From the NCBI GenBank assembly GCA_951406725.2, contig OX597815.1, forward strand, positions 72,168,001 through 72,232,000: a DNA stretch of 64,000 nt, given 5' to 3'. Positions 54,815 to 64,000 of this stretch are shown here, piece by piece. Below the pieces are notes generated by a model. The model saw only the letters and a list, made by a program, of their open reading frames with translations. It had not been told where the DNA came from and made no database searches. This stretch comes from Octopus vulgaris. Lineage: Eukaryota. The translations under genes and the position numbers were made by a program. Position 1 is the stretch's first letter, and the number at the start of each line of letters is the position of its first letter.

Positions 54815-55820
54815 TATTTCCCATTTTGGCAGAAGGCTGGTAACGTTAATGGTATGATGTTAATCGATTACATTAAACCCCAGCACATTACAGGTACTTT
54901 ATCCTAGCAATCCCGGAGAAATAAAAATGCAGAATTCAACTCGGTAATACTTGAACTCACAACGTAAAGAACCAGAAGATCTGTCACTCAGCATTTTGTT
55001 CGATGCGCTAAAAATTCTGCTAGCTCGCCGTCTTTTAAATAATAATTATAATGTTTGTTTCAAATTTTTGACACAGCGCTAGCAATTTTGGGGGAGGGGG
55101 TTAATCAATTACATCGATTCCAGTGCTCAAATGGTATTTATTTTATCGACTTCGATAGGATTAAAAGAAAAGTCAAACTCGGTGGAATTTGAACCCAGAA
55201 CGTAAAGAGGCGAAAAAATGTATAAAATTTCAAAATTTGGCATAAGGCCAGCACTCGGATCTTTTCGGTTTGAACGGCAGTTTTTTCTAGCGGATCATAT
55301 GATATTGTCACCCATAATTATGACCCTAGAATCGATCTATTGCATTTCAATCCCTTTTACGGTTAGGGGTGGGGGAAGGGTATATTTTTTTCTTCAGAAA
55401 TGTAAATAAACCCAATCTGATTCTTAAACGAGGGACATATTCATACGGCACAGAATGCTTTTTAACTCAATAGACGTCACTGATTGGTTGAAATTGCAGA
55501 AATTGAAGAACAAAAACAACAAATATCTTACAAACTATAGAATTTTCTCAATAAAGCCAAGAGAAAAAGATGTTTTATAAACACATTCTACCAGTATACG
55601 AAGTTTAAAATTTTTTAGTTACCTAGAAATTATGTTAAAAACTGTCGTTCAAACCGAAAAGATCCCAGCACTCTCGAGGGTAAAGGGCAAGTTAGTTACA
55701 TTGACCTAGTGTCAAACTGGTACTTATTCTATCGACCCCGAAAAGATTAAAAACATAATCGACCTCAGTGGAATTTGAACTCAGAACGCAAAGAGCCGGA
55801 AGAGATACTGCTAAGAATTT
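54815..55820 (-). mobile_element. Three further decayed SINE family B units, the last interrupted by a MITE
   Basis: Same blocks as 52934-53715. Confidence 0.7.
55257..55665. mobile_element. MITE with GG..CC TIRs and 8-bp TSD (Merlin-like)
   Basis: TIR GGATCTTTTCGGTTTGAACGGCAGTTTT / AAAACTGTCGTTCAAACCGAAAAGATCC; CAGCACTC at 55249-55256 and 55666-55673. Confidence 0.85.
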
Positions 55821-56452
55821 TAGTTTCCAAAGAGTGTCATTGATGATAAATAAAAATCCAGTGTGTTGTGGCTACGGCCCGGTTTCAACTCCCAGGTTTA
55901 CTAAATTCATTCAATTTATATCGTTTGATATACATCGTTGCGTAGCTAATGGTTCTTTTTGAAAGGCATTAACGATGTAATTGAAACATCGCTAATTGGG
56001 AGACATATGAAAGTCATAGAAATTTAATTGCCTTCTACACCTTCTCCTTATAAACACGTGACAAGCTCGGTGTATCAATATAAAGTATCGGTTATTGATC
56101 AACTATTTGACTTTGAATAGTTACTTATCAGCGAGGAATTAGTCAGGTTTACTTCAAGAGAAGAATAGCAATAAAACGAAGTTGTGATGTCCACAAAGCC
56201 GTGCAGTCTCCGATGAGCTCCTAACTTGATCATCAACTAACAAGGGAACTTCTTTATGGTCTTCCGACAAGCTAGAAATAGCAGCCAAATTTCTATCAAA
56301 TCATAACTGTACCTGCTTTAAATATGATCGTAGATAATTACACAGCATTTGAAAAAGATATGTTAGTCACGACAGGAATACCCTTTCATCATAAGTTTGC
56401 TTGATTAGAGCCAATCTGCAATAAAACGACAACACCTATCCCTTTCTTTCTC

Positions 56453-56516
<64 letters not shown>

Positions 56517-58000
56517 TTTTCTTTCTTTCTTTGACCGCAGCTGATCTGTGGTTAACACTTCGTCTGTTACTCCGTCCGTCTACCCGCCCTCCCAGCATTT
56601 CTTTATTCCTTTTTCCTTCCTTTCTTTTTTTCCTATGACCGGGGGCAATCTATGGCTAACCAATAAAAAACATCACCACCTCACACAAACATTAGTGCGT
56701 ACATTACAACACAAAGTTGGATTTCCTTTACGCCATCAACAGGGCAATATAAGGCTCCGGGCAAAGGAATGCTTTAGAGCTCCTACGTTTAATGACAGCG
56801 AGCCACTAGACCAGTAGGGTCCCCTGGTAACTCCCTGATGTCCCTATGCCTTAAGATATCACTCACTACGGATGTTACCTTTTCCTTTTTTAATCACAAA
56901 TAACTATGAACACTATCTTCATGCAGAGTATTTAAATCCAATCTAATGGCACGATATCCATCTCTTTATCAAGCTATATTCACGTAGGGATTGAAGTCAT
57001 TACTACAAGGTACGTAACTATCAATTTTACACCAGTGTTACTGCTTTCAGAAATGAGTTATACCTACCTACGATGCCTATTACCACAAAGTGGACCGAGC
57101 CGTACTATCTGAATGTTAAATATCTTTGATTCCGCACACATTACTGATGACATCATTATACTAATCATTAACGTTTCGGATAGACGTCCAACACCGCATC
57201 AAAGCGGCTATCTGTAGCTCTCCATCTTCTCAAGTTAAAATATAAGATCAATATATATATAAGTACATAAATGCGCATGGGCACACTGGGCAGTTGCATA
57301 GTAACCATACGGGTCTAGGGACCCAGTGCCAATTTATGCTTTGGGATGGCTTGCGGTCACCGAATAAAGGTAGAAGCTGAGGTGTATTGGTTTGTCTGGG
57401 ACTCATTAATATCTAGTTCATAAGAGTGGAGCGTTTTTTCAAGATTTTTGATTTCGTGACGGGGCTACTGCGGAAAAGTTGTGAATGGACATCAGAATAA
57501 TATATATAAAATCTTAGAACTTTGCGACAATATTTTCTGTCGCCACAAATGCATCGGATAATGGAAAAAGTGGGAAAAAAACCGCCTTTACTATTTATTA
57601 GCTATAAAATATTGTTTTTATTGCATCTTCTTCGAATAAATTTTAAATGACTGTATTGAAATTACTCTAAAATACGACTTTAGAATGTTTTTTTTTCTTC
57701 TGTGACTTCATCTTCTGCCTCAACAAGGAGGGACGGGGGTGTACTGTAATTTTACGTCTACATGAAAAATTTTTCTGAATTCGATAAATTACAATATTTA
57801 CGATATTTTTTGCATATTTTTAGGTGTTTGTGGAGGCTGATGAAGTCAAAGAAAAAACAGCGAAAACAAAAAACACTTTTGTGATGCAATGATTGTACAG
57901 CTGTTTGTATATTAGGTACTATTGTTGTCGTCGTCGTCGTCGTTGTTGTTGTTGTTGTTGTTGTCGTCGTCGTCGTCGTTGTTGCTGCTGCTGCTGCTGC

Positions 58001-58043
<43 letters not shown>

Positions 58044-58310
58044 GCTGCTGCTGCTGCTGCTGTCGTTGTTGTTGTTGTTGTTGTTGCTGTTGTTGTCGTC
58101 GTCGTCGTCGTCGTTGTTGTTGTTGTTGTTGTTGTTGTTTAGCCCATGGTCAGATATGGTATAAGGAAATAAAGCAGGACAGGAGGAAAATAAAGGCAGA
58201 ATAGAAGAGACGGAAGAGAAAACAGAAAGCAGAAAAAAAGAAAAGAAAAGAATGTCATTGCCAAGAGTATGTGCGATAATAGAGAAAGAAAGAATATTTC
58301 TCTATGACGA

Positions 58311-58528
58311 AGGCGGTGAGCTGGCAGAATCGTTAGCACGTCGGGCGAAATGCATACCTGTATTTCGTCTGCCGTTACGTTCTGAGTTCAAATTCCGCCG
58401 AGGTCAACTTTGCCTTTCATCCTTTCGGAGTAGATAAATTAAGTACCAGTTGCGTACTGGGTCGATCTAATCGACGGCCCCCCCGTCCCCCAAAATGCTG
58501 GGCCTTGTGCCTAGAGTAGAAAAGAATA
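58311..58528 (+). mobile_element. Young SINE family B with TSD
   Basis: AAAGAATATTTCTCTATGACGA at 58289-58310 and 58521-58542 (partly overlapping the tail). Confidence 0.9.
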
Positions 58529-58749
58529 TTTCTCTATGACGACGAATTGAAAGCGAAATTTGGATTCACTTTATCAGAGCCAAATTGATATATTTGAGCG
58601 TTTGGCATAAGGCCAGCACTTTGAAACAAGAAGAAAATAAATCGTTTGAAACAAGAAGAAAATAAATCGTTTTTAACTGTGGGTCTCGGAGCAGATAAAG
58701 CCATTAATTATAGCGGGTAGAATGTTTGGTTGAAAAGGAAAAGGCCCAA

Positions 58750-58821
58750 GACTGCTCATGGGTCTTGAACCTACATCTTTTGATAAGCGTAAGAGACGCT
58801 CTAGCTCTGTACCAAAGCAGC
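58750..58821 (-). pseudogene. tRNA-like relic or SINE head
   Basis: Acceptor GCTGCTT/GAGCAGT and T-loop GGTTCAAGACC over 72 nt; anticodon arm does not pair. Confidence 0.4.
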
Positions 58822-59699
58822 TCTTCGAAAGTTTGTCGTCCATTTTAGAAGCTTTGTTTTCACCAGTGAAAATCGTAAGTTGTTTATGTCATAAATATTT
58901 AGAAATTTTGAGAAGCATAAAGCTAGGGCGTTATATTTTAAATCGTGGAACTCGAAGTAGATAAAACTATTGATAATAGCGGGTAAAATATTAGATAAAA
59001 TGTGGAAGCACTCCGTCGGTTACGACGATGAGGGTTCCGGTTGATCCGAATCAACGTGTAAGTGGCTGAGCACTCCACAGACACATTAGATAAAAAAAAA
59101 CAACCATGGAAGGAGAAAGAATCGGAGGTTGCTCGCGAGCCATAAACAAGGAGAAAATATTTGGTTGTTCGTTTCTTTGGTTTGTTTATTCTTTTATGCG
59201 CTCTCGCCGAAAGGCTGTGGCCAAAATTGCGCTGCTATGTGCTTGATTTTGATGAGATTTTTTTTATTTGTTTCTGATTAACCTCAAAAATTTTTTATAT
59301 ATGAAAGGTGGGAGGAAAGAGAAACGCATAGCCGTGGTGTTTAGGGACGTTGAGGGCTTTTAGAATGCAAGAAACGGAAATGAATTGATGGAAATTTATA
59401 TTTTGCTCAACGTAGGTGGCCATGAAATTTAAAAACCAAAATGCTGATTTCCTTTGACTATGCTGCTGTTAATGATGATGATGATGATTGGGGAGAGGAG
59501 GAGGAGGAGGAGAAAGAGGAGGAAGAAAGCTTCGTATATTATGCGATGGACAAAAGAGGTCATGCTATTTCAAAGGGAATTATCAACACAGATGATAAAA
59601 AGTACATTAAAAACTTTCTCTCATTTACGAAACGAGTTAGTCATGTGATCAGGCTAAATCAATAGCATTGTTTTATTGTTTGAAGTGTTCTATTGAATA

Positions 59700-60561
59700 T
59701 TCCGTGACCTATTTATTGGGCTGACCATATAGTTGATAGGTTGACCTATTTATCTAACTGATGATCATTTGGTCCAACCTAAACCCATTTATACATCTGA
59801 ACGTGTTAAATTAATATAACTAATTATAGAATGGGTGGGATAGGGGCATTAAAGCAAAATAACCTTTTGAAATTCGACCTATTTATTAAACTGGCCGTTC
59901 GAACTGACTAGAGCCAATAATAAAAATGACCAATTGAAGGTGGGCACATTTAAGCAAAAATATCTCTTGCTTTGTTTTTGTTTTTTTTACTTATTTCTCT
60001 AGCTGATCATTTGGTATGCCCTCTATCTAACTGGCTGATTTGAATTAATGTATCTAAGTATTCAGTGGTGGTGGGCCCATTTGAACAAAATGACTCCTTG
60101 GTATACTGACTTATTTATCTAACTGGCCGTGTTGAATTTATGCGCCAATCCAGGAACGTTGGACCTATTTTAGCAAATCGATTTTTCAGTATTTTGACCT
60201 ACATATTTAACTGATCGTTGGTCTGATAAGAACCCATTTAACTATTCATTCGGGGGTGCTGAGTTTCATTTAACCAAACTGATACCTAGGTATTCTGATT
60301 TAGTTATCTAACTAGTCATTTGGGGTAACTAAAACCCCATTTAACTGGAAGTGTTGAAGTACTTTATCTATAGGTGCAGGAGTAGCTGTGTGGTAAGAAG
60401 CTTGCTTCCCAACCACATGGCTCTGGGTTCAGTCACACTGCATGACACCTTCGGCAAGTATCTTCTACTATAGTCTCAAACCGACCAAAGCCTTGTGAGT
60501 GAATTTGGTTGACGGAAACTGAAAGAAGTCTGGAAGAAGCCCGTCGTATATGTATGTATGT

Positions 60562-60601
<40 letters not shown>

Positions 60602-60900
60602 GTCCCCCACCACCGCTTGACAACCAGTGCTGATGTGTTTGCGTCCCCGTAACTTAGAGGTTCGGCAATAGAGACCGATAGAATAAGTACCATACTTTAA
60701 AAAACAAAACCAAAAAAGTTTTGGTGTTAACCTATTCAACAAAATTTCTTCAGAAAATTCTTCAAAAAATTCTCAGACTGCGACCATGCCGCAGCATGGT
60801 CGCAGTCTGAGGACTGAAAGAAGTAAAAGAAGTAAAATATCCATTCGGGGCCGCATTTAAGCAAAATCACCTCGTGCTGTTTTGACCTATATTATTTCAC
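59700..60900. repeat. Degenerate tandem array (period about 90-130 bp) interrupted by a SINE
   Basis: Recurrent TTTAAGCAAAAT...TGACCTATTTATCTAACTG motifs. Confidence 0.6.
60372..60835 (+). mobile_element. SINE family A, full-length
   Basis: Head AGGTGCAGGAGTAGCTGTGTGG..GGGTTCAGTC. Confidence 0.85.
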
Positions 60901-61859
60901 GGGTGGTTTAGGGGATGGTGTTGAGTTAGGGTTAGCATTAGAGTTCGTTAGAATTCGTTTGCCTCACTGTCTATTCAGGTCTGGAAGTGACACATATACC
61001 CAACAAAACGTTGTGTTTATGCAGGGTAGTTGATACTCGATACCACCCATACCACTACCACCGTCACCACCGTCACCACCACTACCACCACCGTAGCTAT
61101 TACCACTAACCACCACTATCACCACTACCGTAGCTATCACCACTACTACCACCACTATCATCACCACCATCACAACTACCACTGCCACCGCCACCGCCAC
61201 CACGACCACGACGACGACCACCACCACCACCACCCAGGTAAGTTTTCCTTCATAGCCGAGATAATGTACCGTGAAGCAAATCCGACAAAATACTCACACC
61301 CATCAATTATCGATTAATCACTTCTGTCATCGATTCGCTATGTCTGTACTAAACGAAACTCGTGTACCTCTCAAAGCATCCCTTTTAGTTCGATCAGAGA
61401 AAATATCTTTCAGGTAGAATAACACACCACATTATCGATCAGTCTCACTTATCATATTATTGATTAGATTGATAGTGTTGCTGCTGTAGTACGAGTATAA
61501 ATACACTCATCGTAGTATCAGTTTATTACACATATCGATTAGGCTTACCTATCTCAGAATAATTACACTTACTTGATGCTATCGGGTAGTTACACCTTTC
61601 AGTGGATCAATTAAGTAGTTAAGTAACATTGAGTGTCAACAGGATGCCAAACTATTAACCTGACGGGTCGTGGTTCGTATTCTGTTTCCGGCAAACACAC
61701 AGTAAATCAATCCGTGGTCTAAACTCTAAATACTTCATATAAAGTTTAAATATTGCAGAGTAGAAGCAGTTCTGGGTTTTGAGCAGTAGGAGCTCTGCAG
61801 AGTTAACGAGATCTTCATCTAGAGAGAGGGATAAGTTTAATCGCTGTAAGATGTGAGAA

Positions 61860-61895
61860 ATGTTACGTTTCGGACTTGTTAACTTCATCAGAGGG
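61860..61895 (-). ncRNA. Minimal hammerhead core with decayed helices
   Basis: CTGATGA-AGTTAACAAGTCC-GAAA-CG-TA; helices I and II pair poorly. Confidence 0.4.
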
Positions 61896-62025
61896 AGAGC
61901 AAGTGAGTGATAGAGAAAACATTATTTTCTCTTCCTTATTTACTCTCAATCAATAAGCAAAGGGCAAGGGAACGAAACGTTAGATCATTTCCCCTCACAA
62001 TATGAGAATTTATTAAAGTCTACTA

Positions 62026-62310
62026 GACGCCGGTATGGTTGTGTGGTTAACAAGTTTGCTTCCCAACCACATGGTTTCAGGTTCAGTCCCACTGTGCGGC
62101 TCCTTTGGCAAGTGTCTTCTGCAACAGCTCCAGGCCGACCAATTCTTTATGAATGGACATGGTGGACAGAAACTGTGTGAACAAAAAGACAGACGCTGAT
62201 GGAATAAGCACCAAACTTAAAACTATATCCTGGGGTCGATTTGTTCGACTAAAACCCTTCAAGGAGATGCTTCAGCATGGCCACAGTCTAATGTCTGAAA
62301 CAAGGGTAAA
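62026..62310 (+). mobile_element. SINE family A with internal deletion
   Basis: Family A head and tail. Confidence 0.75.
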
Positions 62311-62406
62311 AGGTATCGATCTCTCTCTCCCCTATTGATTAATTTTCATCGATGAAAACCATCCCTAGTTTCTTTGAAGTTATGATTTCCAGTTACTCAA
62401 ATATTA

Positions 62407-62629
62407 TTGGGTTGGTGCATAATTTTTACAGCTTTTTCTTCAACAAATTTTATTCAATAAAAATAATAACAATATTTAACAAAAACATCCTTAAATGATG
62501 GTGTGACCGCCTGCCAAGCAAATGGGAAGCAGTAATTGAAGTAGATGCTCCGGAATAATCATTTGAAGATGATTTTGTTGCATGTTGTTATTGGTTTTGC
62601 ACCAACTCAATAGCTATGCACCAACCTAA
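62407..62629 (+). mobile_element. Internally deleted mariner (MITE) with Hsmar1/MADE1-like TIRs
   Basis: TA-TTGGGTTGGTGCA ... TGCACCAACCTAA-TA; residual peptide DRLPSKWEAVIEVD resembles the mariner transposase C-terminus. Confidence 0.75.
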
Positions 62630-62780
62630 TAGCTTGCAGTGCTGACTTCAAATCACCCTGTGGGAGTAAATGGGTGCGTGGGATAGTGATGGGCACCCCT
62701 TGGGGTGACTTCCTTTGAGATCCTAGTGCTTCTTCGACTCGGTGAGTTATGACACCTAGTGACAACTATTATTTGTCTCC

Positions 62781-63280
62781 TCAGCGCAACAACAAAGCAA
62801 AATCGTCGAGAGCATCGAAAATAATATTTTGCCGTATTTCTTGCAGATCTTTACAGTCTGAGTTGAAATTCCACCGGGATCCACTTTGCTTTTCATCTCC
62901 CCGGGGTTGATAAAATAAAGTAATAGTCAAGAACTGGGGTTGGTGATATCGACTACTCCCCACTCCACCCTAACCACCCACAACATTTCTGGCCCTTGTG
63001 CCGAAATCTAAACGTATTCGTTTTCTTGGATGAAATTTTAGATAGAATCATTTGACATTATATTTTTGATAACCAGCGATCTCGATAAATCGGTGAAGGC
63101 GCGTAGCCTAGTAGTTAGGCTGTTCCACTCATGATCGTAAGAGTATGGTTTCGATTCCTTGATTGGGCAGTGCATTGTGTTCATGAGCAAAACACTTCAT
63201 TTCACGTTGTTCTAGTCCACTCAGCTGTAAACGAATAAACCTTGCAACAGACTGGCGTTTGGCTCAAGAGTGTATGTTGT
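62781..63280 (+). mobile_element. Decayed SINE family B (62781-63010) and family C head (63096-63280)
   Basis: Homology to other copies in the window. Confidence 0.6.
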
Positions 63281-64000
63281 AATCTCGATCGCTAATTCGC
63301 CATGCAAAATCGGGTGAGCGGCTCCCGAAGCCCAAGGACTTGAGACAGTAATGCCCACAGCTTGATCAGGGTGATGATCTCTATAAATATGATGGAAGTT
63401 AGTTCTAGTTGCTCTCATGACCTCTGGTCTTGGGAAAGGCATTAAGATCATCTAATCACATTTGTTTATTTTTCTTTTAGGTATTTAATCAAAATGCAAT
63501 ACTACAAACTGAATCTATTTGATGGTGTTAAGAAACGAACATGTAATTTTAAGATTTTCAACACAACGTTCATTCTGTCTTTCTCTCTCTTTCCTTCTCT
63601 CTCACACACACATACACACACAGCTGTTGTTAAATACATATATTCGCCTCTGTATACACATGTACACACATGTTTTTTGACAAGTGTTTATACAATTCTT
63701 ACTTTTAAGTGCCTAATAGTAACAGAAAATAACAGAAACAAAAATGATTATCAATAAATGCAAAAGAAAAGAAAAATAACAAACATAAAAAACGACAGCA
63801 AGAGAAAAAAATGTTATTTTTTACCATCCTCCACCACCTCGTTCCTTCTATTTCTCTTTTCCCCTCTCTCTCTCGCTCCGTTTTTCTCTTTCTTTCTCTC
63901 CGCCTCTCTCTCTCTCTTTCTCACTCCTCTTTGATGTTTAATTCAATGAGTTTAATGGATATATTTTTTCTTCTTTATATTTGAATCACACAAATTGGTA

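Noticed and set aside
57830-57890. CTGATGA...GAAA as a possible hammerhead
   Set aside because: Helices I and II do not pair and there is no U at position 16.1.
57872-57890. CACTTTTGTGATGCAA resembling the reverse complement of miR-153
   Set aside because: 3-nt gap overlapping the seed-proximal region and no precursor hairpin; no conserved miRNA recognised anywhere in the window.
60807-60826. CTGAGGA-CT-GAAA
   Set aside because: Chance variant of the SINE A tail; no helix II.

Overview
AT-rich eukaryotic DNA, dense in microsatellites, with no recognisable intact host gene. The SINE families and the (TA)n/(CA)n/(TATG)n/(TAA)n content point to a cephalopod, probably Octopus (inference), and to an intergenic or deep-intronic location. 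Almost all ORFs in the supplied track are microsatellite artefacts. Recognisable content: three tRNA-headed SINE families in many copies; decayed LINE pieces (Dong/R4-type RT and REL domains, RTE C-termini); a Penelope GIY-YIG relic; Tc1/mariner relics; and MITEs (pogo-like, Merlin-like, hAT-like, Helitron, Helentron-like). The most striking signal, found by folding by eye, is about 13 complete or near-complete type-I hammerhead ribozyme (HHR) motifs plus several half-motifs, from roughly 8-10 short repeat families. They mostly sit in (TA)n tracts, often as head-to-head inversions. Two orphan fragments begin at the predicted self-cleavage site, and one family has a terminally redundant monomer of about 320 bp. 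This suggests a diverse Penelope-pLTR/retrozyme-like population of ribozyme-processed mobile RNAs. HHRs in Penelope elements are known in general; novelty for this genome needs database checks. All folds and boundaries are manual estimates.
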